This document shows, one piece after another, positions 53,437-63,379 of a stretch of DNA of 64,000 bases. The position numbers and the translations under genes were made by a program. This DNA is from a virus. Lineage: Duplodnaviria > Heunggongvirae > Uroviricota > Caudoviricetes. Location of the stretch: the IMG/VR virus record IMGVR_UViG_3300031413_000001. One strand, written 5' to 3'. A model generated the notes under the pieces. That model did no database searches. It was not told where the DNA came from and worked only from the letters and a program-made list of their open reading frames with translations. Numbering within the stretch: the first letter of the stretch is position 1; each line of letters starts with the position of its first letter.

Positions 53437-55289
53437 TCCTTGCGGTCATCGGAACGCTTGCTGTTGAAGATCAGATCCAACGTTTCACCCATTGTGCCGT
53501 CATCGGTCACAGGATAAACTTCTGGGTTCTTCAGCGAGTACTCCCAATCCTCACGAGTTAGAGTACCAAGACCCTTTGCGCGAGTGATAGCCCAGCCGCT
53601 GTAATCTTCGGGCTTGAAGTCCTGGTAGTTGTGGGCGTACCAGTACTTTCTCAGCTTTCCCTTTTCCGCAATGATGAATGGTGTGCGGAAGATGTACACG
53701 AATGGCTTGGCCTGATCAGCGAACAGCTCTGGCCAATATGTGTGGAAGAAGTTGATCAACAGCGCACCAATGTTCAATCCGTCCGGATCCATGTCGTGCG
53801 CCACATAGACCTTGCCATAGCGAAGATCGCTCAGCTTGGCCTTTTGACCAATGACCAGTCCCATGCAGTTCATGATGTCCGCGAGCTCTTTGTTCTCAAT
53901 GACCTTCTTGGGCATTTCGCCGTTGACGTTGAGAACCTTACCCTTCATTCCCAGACCACCATGCAGATCAGGATCACGAGCAGCGCCCATTCCCGAAATA
54001 GCACTTTCACCCTCTGCTAGGAAGAGAATGCACTTGGTGCGATCCTGACCAGCAGCGTCCATCAAACGAGGAACCTTGTTTCGTAGGTTCTTCTTGCTGG
54101 CCTTCGCTAGATCGCTGATGTCCTTTTTCATCGTGCGCTCAGAACAACGCTTGTAGATTTCCTCAATCCAGTCACGATTCTTGCGGATGAATTCCTTGTA
54201 GAGTTCGGGGTTCTCAAGATCAGCGCGGATGACCTTGCCCACTTCCTCATTGATCAGTCGAGTCTTGCTCTGGCTGTCAAAGTTCGGACCGTTCATGTTC
54301 GTGATGTTGTAGATCAGAACACCTTCCGTTACGTCGGAGCGGTTGGGGCTGAGCTTGCGGCGCTTGCTTTCCTTTTCCAGTGCGGTCAAAAGATTGCCGT
54401 AGAATAGGCGACGGAATGTCTCGATGTGGACACCGCCGTTGAAAGCAGGAATGTTGTTGACGATGGTGTGAACGTGATCTCCACCAGTTGTCCAATTGGG
54501 AACAATCCAAAAGCGACTACGGAAGTCCTCTGCCTTGATTTCAATGGCCATTGGCTTCAAGCCCGGAAACAGCGTTTGCTCTGGCCTTGGCTTTACCTTG
54601 ATCAGCTCTCCGTTGTAGAAGATCTTGATCAGTGGGTTGCAGATCGCAACCTCGGTGATGCGACTGCGGACAAACTCCTCGGGAAGCGTCATGTCGGGGA
54701 AGACTGCCTCGCTGAGCTTGAACGTTACCTTGGTGCTGTTCTCACCCTTTCGAGCATTGATTTTGGTCTTGCCAAATTGCAGCTCATCGTTGGCAGCCGT
54801 TCCCTGAGTGAACTCCTGCTGAAAGCGTTCGCCATCCTTTTGAATGTCCAGTCGGAAGAACTCGCTGCAGAAGTTGACCACCGATGCACCAATACCATTG
54901 GTACCGGCAACCTGGCCACGCTCTTCAAAGTTACGTCCGGCTCGTGCCTCGGTCATAACCAGTGTTGCAAGGTGCATGTTGTGGGCATCATCCCAGGCGA
55001 TTGGGATACCGCGACCATCATCCTCAATGGAGATTTCACGACCAACCGGATCATAGGTTACCTTAACGCGCGTTCCGTGACCATGACCAACAACCTCGTC
55101 GAGTGCGTTGTCGAGCACCTCGCGAAAAGCCGTATATAGTGCAGGGACCCAAGTGATCTCCTGAGGCACAGGCATGCCGTCTTTGATCTGCAGAATCGTC
55201 TGCGTGTGAGGGGCACGACTTCCCAGATACATCTCCGTTCGGAGTCTGGCGTGCTGATAATCTGTGAGTTTCTTGATTTTGTTTGACAT
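53421..55289 (-). CDS. DNA topoisomerase II large subunit, GyrB-like ATPase plus TOPRIM (T4 gp39 plus gp60 equivalent, unsplit)
   Basis: 622 aa. GHKL ATPase motifs (EVLDNALDE, DDGRGIP, GTNGIGAS). TOPRIM ILFLAEGESA...VYVAHDMDPDG. Length indicates the gp39 and gp60 parts are in one polypeptide. Confidence 0.9.
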   Translation of the reverse strand: MSNKIKKLTDYQHARLRTEMYLGSRAPHTQTILQIKDGMPVPQEITWVPALYTAFREVLDNALDEVVGHGHGTRVKVTYDPVGREISIEDDGRGIPIAWDDAHNMHLATLVMTEARAGRNFEERGQVAGTNGIGASVVNFCSEFFRLDIQKDGERFQQEFTQGTAANDELQFGKTKINARKGENSTKVTFKLSEAVFPDMTLPEEFVRSRITEVAICNPLIKIFYNGELIKVKPRPEQTLFPGLKPMAIEIKAEDFRSRFWIVPNWTTGGDHVHTIVNNIPAFNGGVHIETFRRLFYGNLLTALEKESKRRKLSPNRSDVTEGVLIYNITNMNGPNFDSQSKTRLINEEVGKVIRADLENPELYKEFIRKNRDWIEEIYKRCSERTMKKDISDLAKASKKNLRNKVPRLMDAAGQDRTKCILFLAEGESAISGMGAARDPDLHGGLGMKGKVLNVNGEMPKKVIENKELADIMNCMGLVIGQKAKLSDLRYGKVYVAHDMDPDGLNIGALLINFFHTYWPELFADQAKPFVYIFRTPFIIAEKGKLRKYWYAHNYQDFKPEDYSGWAITRAKGLGTLTREDWEYSLKNPEVYPVTDDGTMGETLDLIFNSKRSDDRKEWIGL

Positions 55290-55418
55290 GGTTAGCCCTT
55301 GCTCTTTAATGCAATCTACGAGATTCTGGTGTGGAAATCAATTTTCACAACCAGAGGCACAATTCAATTTATCTGTCTTGCTCTTTGTTGTGACAGGGTG
55401 TAGAAGAATTGCTCAGAA

Positions 55419-55835
55419 GTGGAGGGCAATTTGAAGGCTATCGAGATCATGGAAAGCGGAAAGCCACGTAGTGGTTATCAGGCTTTTGAGCTCTCGAGCG
55501 AGAGCCGGAGCAAGCTCGCTGCTCAGTTTCCACCAAAGTTTCCGGAGTTCATCGGACATCACATCACGTATAAGACGGGTGTGAAGAGCGATGTTCCCCT
55601 CCCGGAAGCCAGCACCTTCACGGTTGTTGGTTACGCGGTAGATGAAGAGGGAATTGAAGCCCTCGTCGTAGAAGTGGATGGCTCATCTGTTCGAGAGGAT
55701 GGACGAACCTATCACATCACGTGGTCGTTGGACAGAAGCAAGGGCTTCAAGCCCGTAAAGTCCAATGACTTATTGAAGAACGGCTATCAAACTGTTCCTT
55801 CGATAAATATATCTGCTACGGCAAAGTTTTTCTAA
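55419..55835 (+). CDS. hypothetical protein
   Basis: 138-aa ORF; divergent from the topo II gene across a 129-nt intergenic region. Confidence 0.45.
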   Translation: MEGNLKAIEIMESGKPRSGYQAFELSSESRSKLAAQFPPKFPEFIGHHITYKTGVKSDVPLPEASTFTVVGYAVDEEGIEALVVEVDGSSVREDGRTYHITWSLDRSKGFKPVKSNDLLKNGYQTVPSINISATAKFF

Positions 55836-55927
55836 AAACAGTGCTACGGAGGAAGAAGCGGAATTCCTAATCTTCCCGAGACACGCAACCTCGCGATGCG
55901 CGATCTTTTGATTAGGAGAATACCTTG

Positions 55928-56353
55928 ATGGCTAAACTGCACAAGCACCTCATTGTACATGCCGCTGTTGACAAACCACCCGTTAAAAAGGACGAACGGT
56001 TTGTAGAGCAGTGGCTTACAGATATCGTTCACGCAATGGGAATGGAAGTTCTAAAGGACGCCAGCGCAGAATACTGCGAGCAAATTGGCAACCGCGGAAT
56101 GACCGCAGTGGTTCTTATCACCACTTCCCACATGGTGCTTCATACTTGGGATGAGTGCGAACAGCCATTCATCGAGTTTGACCTCTACACCTGCAGCGAA
56201 TTGGATCCAGAGATGGCATTCAAGGCCCTGGAGGCGTTTGGTGCCAAGAACATTTCCTACAAGTTCCTGGATCGTTACGACGGTCTGACGGATCTGACTC
56301 CAGTGGTCAAGAAGACCTTCTGGGAGAAGCTCAAGGATCTCTTCAGCTTCTGA
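55928..56353 (+). CDS. S-adenosylmethionine decarboxylase proenzyme (small bacterial/archaeal AdoMetDC type)
   Basis: AGGAGA lies 8 nt before the ATG at 55928. Motifs LIVHAA, GMTAVVLITTSHMVLHTWDE (processing-site Ser-His region) and IEFDLYTC. Confidence 0.65.
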   Translation: MAKLHKHLIVHAAVDKPPVKKDERFVEQWLTDIVHAMGMEVLKDASAEYCEQIGNRGMTAVVLITTSHMVLHTWDECEQPFIEFDLYTCSELDPEMAFKALEAFGAKNISYKFLDRYDGLTDLTPVVKKTFWEKLKDLFSF

Positions 56354-56441
56354 TTCCAAACCTCGAGAGTTATTCGGAAACAGATAAGTAGACAGTCTGC
56401 TTCGGCAGTCTTTACATTCCGAATAACTCTTAGAGGTCAAC

Positions 56442-57848
56442 ATGGCATTCATCATTTTCATCTTCTTCGTCGCAGCGGCTATCAGCAGCGTAGCGGCGTA
56501 CTTTTCCCTTGTGGGTCTGGGCAGCATCTTTGCCGCGACTTTCTGGGGAGTCGTCATCATGGGCGGTGCCCTGGAAGTCGGCAAGATCGTAACTGCCAAA
56601 TGGGTTCATGCAAACTGGCGTAACCCTGCGGCCCCCTGGTACTTTAGAGGTCTTCTCTGCTTCTTTGTTGCGGCATTGATGGCCATTACAAGTCTGGGCA
56701 TCTATGGCTATCTGAGCCGGGGACACCTTGAACAGCAGGCACCACTCGCAGGACTAAGCGTACAGGTTGCCCAGCTGGAAACCCAAGTTCAGCAAAAGAC
56801 GGCCGAGAACTCCACGCTTCAAAAGCGATTGGATCAGATTGGACGTATCACGGACAAGAGTCTCGAGACTTCGGGACGTGCTGGTCTGCGGGCTGCGGCT
56901 TCTCAGCGCCGTGACACCACGGAACTGCAGGGTAAGATTGATGCCAACAACCAGGCAATCAATCAGCTCAACGGCCAGCTGGTTCCACTCAAGCTGAAGA
57001 CTGGCAACGTCGAGGGAGAACTGGGCGTTGCCAAGTTCATCGCCGAAGCGGCTGGTTGGAGTCCTGAAAAGGCAATCCGCATCATCATCGCTCTGATCAT
57101 GAGCAGCTTTGACACCCTGGCACTCAGCATGTTCATCATGGGAAGCATCTCACTCAAGCAGCGTCGGGAAGCCAAACGTCGTGAAGCAGCGGGAGAACTG
57201 GGCGACGTATTGCCCATTGAGGAACTGATTGTGCCCATGCCACCAGTAACCGAGCCGGCAGCCAACCGCTTTGTCGGCGATACCAGTGATGCTATCACGA
57301 TCATCAAGAGCGATGGTCCAGCTATCAACCTTCTCCAAGAACGTCCTGCTCGCCCAGCAATGAGCGAGGAGCAAGTTGAAGAGTTCAAGGCCAAGCTGGA
57401 AGCAAAGTTCATGGCCGACCTGCAGGAAGCTGCAATGGCGGAGCGTGATCAGTTGCTGGATGATCTAAACAAGCAGATCTACCAGGAACGTGAGGAGTTC
57501 GACACCTACATGGAAGAAGCAAAGAGTGTCCTAGACACCGAAGCTGGAACCATTGAGGAGCAGAAGGCAAGTCTTGCACAAGATCATGCTGCATTGCAGG
57601 ATGCTCACCAGCAGTTGCTCGACATGGAAGCCCGCTTGAATGATGAGCGTGAACTACTGGCACAGTGGCAGCAACAGCTTACTGATCAGCAGAACACCAT
57701 CAACACTTGGGCACCAGAGTCCGATCCAACCGATGGTCGTTCCGACAAGGACAAGATCATCTCCATGTTGGAGCGCAACCCACAGGTTGTCAATGACATC
57801 ATTGAAACCGTTGACGCAATGAGGCCCCTGGTCAAGCCGGGTCTATAA
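56442..57848 (+). CDS. membrane protein with long C-terminal coiled coil
   Basis: Four N-terminal TM helices (FIIFIFFVAAAISSVAAYFSLVGLGSIF...), a further helix IIIALIMSSFDTLALSMFIMG, and a Gln/Glu/Leu-rich coiled-coil C-terminal half. Confidence 0.55.
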   Translation: MAFIIFIFFVAAAISSVAAYFSLVGLGSIFAATFWGVVIMGGALEVGKIVTAKWVHANWRNPAAPWYFRGLLCFFVAALMAITSLGIYGYLSRGHLEQQAPLAGLSVQVAQLETQVQQKTAENSTLQKRLDQIGRITDKSLETSGRAGLRAAASQRRDTTELQGKIDANNQAINQLNGQLVPLKLKTGNVEGELGVAKFIAEAAGWSPEKAIRIIIALIMSSFDTLALSMFIMGSISLKQRREAKRREAAGELGDVLPIEELIVPMPPVTEPAANRFVGDTSDAITIIKSDGPAINLLQERPARPAMSEEQVEEFKAKLEAKFMADLQEAAMAERDQLLDDLNKQIYQEREEFDTYMEEAKSVLDTEAGTIEEQKASLAQDHAALQDAHQQLLDMEARLNDERELLAQWQQQLTDQQNTINTWAPESDPTDGRSDKDKIISMLERNPQVVNDIIETVDAMRPLVKPGL

Positions 57849-57952
57849 TGCAAATGGCTCCCGGAGGCGTTACAACGCTTCTGGGAGCAGGCCCCAAAGG
57901 CCAAGATCGGCGCAGCTAAATATCAAACGCACCGGGAGTCTGAGGATAACAT

Positions 57953-59206
57953 ATGAGTGAAAAGAAGAATCTGAGCTGCTCTTTTTGTGGTAAGAAGCAA
58001 GAAGCCGTTCAGAAGCTGATTGCTGGTCCGGATGTCTTTATCTGTAACGATTGTGTTCAGCTCTGTGCCGATATCCTAAAGGAAGACGACAACACGGCAA
58101 CCAAGATGCCGGTAAAGGATGGGGCCATTCCCAGCCCTCGTACCATTCGTGAGTTTCTCGATCAGTATGTGATCGGCCAGGAAGCTGCCAAGATGGTCAT
58201 GAGCGTGGCGGTCCACAACCATTACAAGCGGTTGGCCAATCCAGTGGTTGATGATGTTGAGCTCGAGAAGTCCAACATTCTCCTACTGGGCCCAACGGGC
58301 AGCGGTAAGACACTTATGGCAAAGAGCATTGCCAAGCTACTGGATGTTCCCTTTACTATCGCAGACGCCACCAGCCTAACTGAGGCGGGCTATGTGGGTG
58401 ACGATGTTGAAACCATCATCACTCGATTGCTGCAGGTTTGCGACAACGATGTGTCCAAGGCGGAACGCGGCATCATCTACCTCGACGAGGTGGACAAGAA
58501 GGCCAAGAAGAGTGAAGGCTCCAGCGTTAGCAGGGACGTATCGGGCGAAGGCGTTCAGCAGGCACTCCTGAAGATCATCGAAGGCTCAGAAGTTCGTGTT
58601 CCCGTACAGGGCAACCGAAAGCATCCCAACAGCGAGATGGTGGTTGTAAATACCAAGAACATCCTGTTTATCGTTGGTGGTGCATTCGTTGGTCTTGATG
58701 AGATCATTGGAAAGCGCCTCAACAAGGGCAAGGGCGGAATTGGCTTTGGTGCATCTGTTAAGTCGGACATTGACAAGGATGTATCCAGTGCCCTCTTGAG
58801 CCAGGTTGAGCCAGAGGATCTTACCAAGTATGGTCTGATTCCTGAAATGGTTGGCCGTCTCCCAGTTATCACACACTTGGAGGAGTTGGACCAGGACCAG
58901 TTGGTCAAGGTTCTCACTGAGCCCAAGAACGCGCTTATCAAGCAGTTTGAGAAGATCTTCCAGCTGGAAGATGTCAAGCTGGACTTTGACAAGGAAGCCC
59001 TTCGTGCCATTGCCAAGGACGCTATCACTCGGAAGACGGGTGCTCGTGGTCTGCGGTCCGTTATTGAAAAGCGGTTGATCCGCGTTCAATATGACCTCCC
59101 TGACCTTAAGGAAGCTGGAGCAACAGCTATCCGCGTGGGCAAGGATGTCATTGAAGGAAAGAGCGAGCCACTGGTGGTCTATGACCCCAAGGCAGCAAAC
59201 GAGTAA
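57953..59206 (+). CDS. clpX: ATP-dependent Clp protease ATP-binding subunit ClpX
   Basis: Zinc-binding CSFCGK...CNDC. Walker [16 protein letters not shown] pore loop. Walker [10 protein letters not shown]. Sensor/IGF region RVPVQG...; C-terminal SRGLR. Confidence 0.9.
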   Translation: MSEKKNLSCSFCGKKQEAVQKLIAGPDVFICNDCVQLCADILKEDDNTATKMPVKDGAIPSPRTIREFLDQYVIGQEAAKMVMSVAVHNHYKRLANPVVDDVELEKSNILLLGPTGSGKTLMAKSIAKLLDVPFTIADATSLTEAGYVGDDVETIITRLLQVCDNDVSKAERGIIYLDEVDKKAKKSEGSSVSRDVSGEGVQQALLKIIEGSEVRVPVQGNRKHPNSEMVVVNTKNILFIVGGAFVGLDEIIGKRLNKGKGGIGFGASVKSDIDKDVSSALLSQVEPEDLTKYGLIPEMVGRLPVITHLEELDQDQLVKVLTEPKNALIKQFEKIFQLEDVKLDFDKEALRAIAKDAITRKTGARGLRSVIEKRLIRVQYDLPDLKEAGATAIRVGKDVIEGKSEPLVVYDPKAANE

Positions 59207-59272
59207 TTGACGCAGTGGGGGTAGAAGTTATAGGCTTCCACTTGTATCCAATCGAAAGGAAATGATCTGTCT

Positions 59273-59794
59273 GTGAACTCTCAGTATGCGGTAAACGACC
59301 AAATTCGGGCAAGGGAGGTTCGCCTCATTGCCGACAACGGTGATCAGTTGGGCGTCATCCCAACCATTGAAGCGCGTCGTCGTGCAACAGTGGCCGGCTT
59401 GGACCTAGTTGCCATCAACATCAGCAATGGTGTTCCAATCTGTAAGATCCTCGACTACGGCAAGTTCAAGTATGAGCAGAGCCGGAAAGAGCGTGAGAAC
59501 GCAAAGAAGAACCGCGAGAGCCGGGTGGAGCTCAAGGAAATTCAGTTGCGGCCGACCACTGATAGCAATGACATTCAGATCAAGGCCAAGAGGGCGCAGG
59601 GCTTCCTGAATGATGGCGACAAGGTAAAGGTCGTGATGAAGTTCAAGGGTCGTGAGATCACCCACTTGGATGTTGGTGCCGACGTTATGGTCAGCTTTAT
59701 CAACGCCCTGACTGATTACAAGCTGGAACGCCCAATCAGTAGAAGTGAGCGCCAGTTGTTTGCCATCATTATGCCGGCTCCCAAAAAGGCATAA
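59273..59794 (+). CDS. infC: translation initiation factor IF-3
   Basis: GTG start. NDQIRAREVRLI, LDLVAI...PICKILDYGKFKYE, KEIQLRPTTDSNDIQIKAKRAQGFLNDGDKVKV...KFKGRE are the canonical IF3 N- and C-domain motifs. Confidence 0.85.
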   Translation: MNSQYAVNDQIRAREVRLIADNGDQLGVIPTIEARRRATVAGLDLVAINISNGVPICKILDYGKFKYEQSRKERENAKKNRESRVELKEIQLRPTTDSNDIQIKAKRAQGFLNDGDKVKVVMKFKGREITHLDVGADVMVSFINALTDYKLERPISRSERQLFAIIMPAPKKA

Positions 59795-59817
59795 CTTACA
59801 CTTAACACAGATAACAG

Positions 59818-59851
59818 AAGCCACGCAGAAATGTGTGGCTTTTGTCTGTTT
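59818..59851 (+). terminator. intrinsic terminator after infC
   Basis: aagccacgc-agaaat-gtgtggctt followed by ttgtctgttt. Confidence 0.7.
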
Positions 59852-60157
59852 GGGCACAGGTTATCGTACTTTTGAACGTTAACCAAAGCGTCATGTTGTG
59901 AGACTGTCATGCGATAAAAACGCTGGAAGTCGCTGGTTTGCATGGTTTATTGTGACTGGGAGACTACCTACAGCGCACCGTATCCGGCACATTTTGTTAC
60001 AAAATTATGATTTTACGCCTTGCAAGCGCATCACGTAGATTGTAGTTTAATTTTTGCAACCGACACTCTAACAGGAGTGGAACGTTGTAGGGAATTGGCC
60101 GGGTCGCACCATCAATCTCCTCATCGACGCAGTGAGTAACAGGGAGAGGCCCGAAGT

Positions 60158-60559
60158 ATGGGTGTCGTGCATCTTTTTGGTCCACCCGAGAGTGGATCAG
60201 GTGAGGAATTGGCCAAGGCCAACAAGGGGGAAGCTGACGAGAACTCCGGGGAGTCTTGTCAGGTAATTGAGCTACATCGTAACAAAAAGATCGCTCGTGG
60301 TCTTCATCCCAACCTGGTGTTCAAAGAGATTGAAACTCTCTTGGTCCAACAGGGTATGGATCTTGGTTGTGAAAAAGCCAGAGCGGACTATAAAGTGGTC
60401 ACTTACTTGGTGCAGGGTTTGATCGACAGGGCTAGCGGGACAACTACGGATCGCAGCTTTTTGTTGGATACTTTGCGCCACGTGTTGGCTTACGAGGAGG
60501 CTGTGAATACCTATGAAACCAACGAGCTCTTTGGAGACCTGCTCGGTCGTCTCAACTGA
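60158..60559 (+). CDS. hypothetical protein
   Basis: 133-aa ORF following a 360-nt non-coding stretch. Confidence 0.45.
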   Translation: MGVVHLFGPPESGSGEELAKANKGEADENSGESCQVIELHRNKKIARGLHPNLVFKEIETLLVQQGMDLGCEKARADYKVVTYLVQGLIDRASGTTTDRSFLLDTLRHVLAYEEAVNTYETNELFGDLLGRLN

Positions 60560-60948
60560 AGGCGGAAAATCGGTCAAGGCCGATATCCTGAAGAAAAGCG
60601 ACAAGAGCATTCGCGTTGCCTTTCATGGAAGCAACATCGTGTTGAACCTCAACCGTACGGATACGAGGCGGCCCTACGTGGGCAATCTGCACGGAATGGA
60701 ATTCACCACGGGTGGCTAATCCAACGGGAACGCCACAGACGCTCAAGGAAGCACATCACAGGGGGTGGCTTGCTGGGGTCGCGCTTCGGCTGGGACATGG
60801 CGTGCCGGGGCGGAATCCCTACGATAGGGACGCTGTAGAGCATTTGGAATGGGACATTGGTTTCGACGAAGGCTTCAACGATGGATTCGAAGAAGCCGGT
60901 TGACTTCCTGGTCTCCTGTGTTAGCTTGTTTGAAACGAGGGAGACCAA

Positions 60949-61695
60949 ATGTTCCATGATCTAAAAGGCGTCGTCGATAACATCCTTCGGGGAGAGTTCC
61001 CCGAGGGACGAATCGAAATCAACGACCAGATCCTCGTAGTCAACGAGGCAGCGCATCTCGTCGCCAAGAACCGCCCAGGCGGTGACAGTCAGCGCGAAGA
61101 AGCCAATTCCCTCATCCTCTGGCTCGCAGGTCTTCACCCGGACATTTTCGTCTACGGTGCCCAGCTGATGATCAAGCATCACGGTGTGCATTTCACCTAC
61201 GATGAAAAGACGGCTGTCCGAATGGACACCATCGAGGACAAGTTCTTCCGTGCCACGCCCTACAAGGTCAGCACCTACAACGAGATCGAGCATTTTGCTT
61301 GGCCGCAGCGATTCCTCGATGACAGCACGTTCGAGGAGCGGCTGGCCAATCTCGCCGAGGAATACGAGCCCGACGAGAGCCCAGCTGATATGCTGCTCAG
61401 CGGCATGGCAATCCCCGATGATTTGAACTATGATCAGCGTTTCCAGCTGGCCAAGGACTGCATCGCGGATATCGACGCAATGCACAAGCGGTATGGGAAG
61501 ACCAACATTCTGATCAACGAGCGCCTGGACAGGTTCCTGGGATGGCTCCTGACCGTTGATCCGGAACTGATGATCATGGCCGTCCGGTCCCTTCTGGTCA
61601 GCACGAAGGTTGAGCTGAATCCCAAGGCACTGACCAACATGCAGGCAATACTGCAGGTTGCGGGGCCCTATATCAGGCCGCTGGGTCGCGCCTAA
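60949..61695 (+). CDS. hypothetical protein
   Basis: 248-aa ORF. The antisense 174-aa ORF is judged a shadow. Confidence 0.5.
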   Translation: MFHDLKGVVDNILRGEFPEGRIEINDQILVVNEAAHLVAKNRPGGDSQREEANSLILWLAGLHPDIFVYGAQLMIKHHGVHFTYDEKTAVRMDTIEDKFFRATPYKVSTYNEIEHFAWPQRFLDDSTFEERLANLAEEYEPDESPADMLLSGMAIPDDLNYDQRFQLAKDCIADIDAMHKRYGKTNILINERLDRFLGWLLTVDPELMIMAVRSLLVSTKVELNPKALTNMQAILQVAGPYIRPLGRA

Positions 61696-62216
61696 TTAGT
61701 GACATGATATGGTTCCAGTGTTATAACTGGGACCATACATACCAGCACTGGTAATCCCTCGCCCGGAAGAAGACGGGATGGATGAGCCGCTGGAGGCGAC
61801 TGGCTATCATTGTGGGGCTCGACTCCCCAACGCGCAAGCGGAGGTTGCTGCCAGGATAAAGAACAGCGCCAATGGTTGTGAGCTCTCGCCTCGACTGCGA
61901 ACTCACTGCCCAACGTGTGCCACTTGGAAGGTGCAAGTTGGGACACCGCCACCAATCCAGGATAGCTAGATGAAAAGACGACAGGGTGACCCCGTCGCAG
62001 AGTCCGCTCTGCTTTAGTTCCAAGGTGTCATGACAGCCTCTAACTGCAAGACATTCTATTCCCTTTACGAGTGCGGACCCTGTCCCTATCGTAAGGGGGA
62101 TAATGGTGTGGCTTCTTGCCTACTGCAAGTTACTAACGCGTTCGCTGTTCGCTCTCTTGTCTTTCCAGTCATAGCCATTCAAAGTATCTGGCTCCAAGAC
62201 CAATCGTAAAAGCCCA

Positions 62217-62247
62217 CAGAAAAGTCCTCCCAGAACCCCAGGAGGAC
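62217..62247 (-). terminator. intrinsic terminator for the minus-strand lipoprotein operon, flanked by 17-nt direct repeats
   Basis: On the minus strand: gtcctcctgggg-ttc-tgggaggac followed by ttttct. Direct repeats gaccaatcgtaaaagcc lie at 62198-62214 and 62245-62261. Confidence 0.6.
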
Positions 62248-62270
62248 CAATCGTAAAAGCCGGAAGCTAG

Positions 62271-62603
62271 TTAGTCGCAGAACCTAGCACGGAGTTCCTC
62301 GATAGTGGGTTCAACGGCCATTGCTCCCGTCTTGTTGTTCTCCCAGACTTTCATCGTTACTGGGAACTCAGAGCCGAGCGGAACCTGTTTGTAGTTGGAA
62401 CACCTTTTTGCCAGATAGATGTCCTCATAGACGGTTCCGTTTTCCACATCCATCATGCTGACATGAAGATGCTTGGGTGGCTCCACATCCACGACACGCA
62501 GGATCCGCTTTTGTTCCGGAAGTTTGATCCAGGGACTGGGACCACAGGCCGTTAGAAGCCCTGCGATTGCGAGGACGGCAGCGCGCATCAGCTGGTACCC
62601 CAC
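62271..62603 (-). CDS. lipoprotein (function unknown)
   Basis: Signal peptide with lipobox MRAAVLAIAGLLTAC. 110 aa. Confidence 0.5.
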   Translation of the reverse strand: MGYQLMRAAVLAIAGLLTACGPSPWIKLPEQKRILRVVDVEPPKHLHVSMMDVENGTVYEDIYLAKRCSNYKQVPLGSEFPVTMKVWENNKTGAMAVEPTIEELRARFCD

Positions 62604-63001
62604 ACAATGTGAACGCGAGCCTTGGTGCTTGCCAGTGCTGCCCGCAGCTTTACAGACAGCTTCATGTTGGCATTGGTTTCACCGACCAGCGCATCGTATT
62701 CCAGGATCTTGTCCATCGACGGCGTGCAGAGCGCGATCATTTCCTCGCCGGTAATGGCCGTGCATTCATCGAACTGTCCAAGTTCGAGACCAAACCACGC
62801 CGGCTGGTCACCGCCTCCGCTGTAGCGGGCTTCAAAGCCCTTGATGGGATCCGTCTGCCCGTACATCTTGGTGTCGTCGGGTTCGCCATTGAGAGCCTTG
62901 TAGAGCTCCGAGCGATGTGCGGCCCAGGGGTCTGGCGTGTTGCTGTATTCGCTGTGACCAAGGTCGATTCCCAGGATCACATATCCGATCGTGTATGCCA
63001 T
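62588..63001 (-). CDS. hypothetical protein
   Basis: GGAG precedes the internal ATG (MAYTIGYVILGIDLG...). The listed ORF extends further 5' without an RBS. Confidence 0.5.
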   Translation of the reverse strand: MAYTIGYVILGIDLGHSEYSNTPDPWAAHRSELYKALNGEPDDTKMYGQTDPIKGFEARYSGGGDQPAWFGLELGQFDECTAITGEEMIALCTPSMDKILEYDALVGETNANMKLSVKLRAALASTKARVHIVWGTS

Positions 63002-63115
63002 TGGCTTCTCCTTCTCCGCCCAGTTAGCAGATTGATTCCATTGTGCAACCAGAATATTGAGAACTTGGTGCCCTTTCTGTATAACTAAGGGGTAACCAAA
63101 AGAGGAGATCCCACA

Positions 63116-63379
63116 GTGGGACAGCATTACAACGGAAACGGTCGAGAGATCCACAAGCGGGGTCTAGCCGTTGAAGTCAAGCCAGCTCACAATCCCGAGC
63201 AGGCTCTCAGGAACCTTGACAGTGCAATGAAGACGCTCAAGCGTCGCACCATTCAAGAGGGCCTGATCCGCGATATCCGTCGGAAGGAATTTGCGGAAAC
63301 CAAGGGGCAGATTGCCCGCAAGAAGCGTCAGGATGCGATTCGTCGCTCCAAGAAGCGTCTGCGTCAGCCGGCTGTCTAA
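63116..63379 (+). CDS. rpsU: ribosomal protein bS21-like protein
   Basis: VEVKPAHNPEQALRNLDSAMKTLKRRTIQEGLIRDIRRKEFAETKGQIARKKRQDAIRRSKKR parallels the bS21 pattern V.V..NE..ALRRFK...K.G.L.E.RRREFYEKP...RKR...A..R..KK. Has a 15-aa N-terminal extension. Confidence 0.55.
   Translation: MGQHYNGNGREIHKRGLAVEVKPAHNPEQALRNLDSAMKTLKRRTIQEGLIRDIRRKEFAETKGQIARKKRQDAIRRSKKRLRQPAV

Noticed and set aside
53008-53517. 169-aa + strand ORF (and several shorter + ORFs) inside the minus-strand paralog array
   Set aside because: They overlap multiple densely packed, family-conserved minus-strand genes; no RBS.
61811-61837. tRNA-like T-arm (UGGGG-cucgacu-CCCCA) in the ORF-free region
   Set aside because: No complementary 5' acceptor strand, D-arm or anticodon arm could be found at tRNA spacing; probably a chance hairpin.
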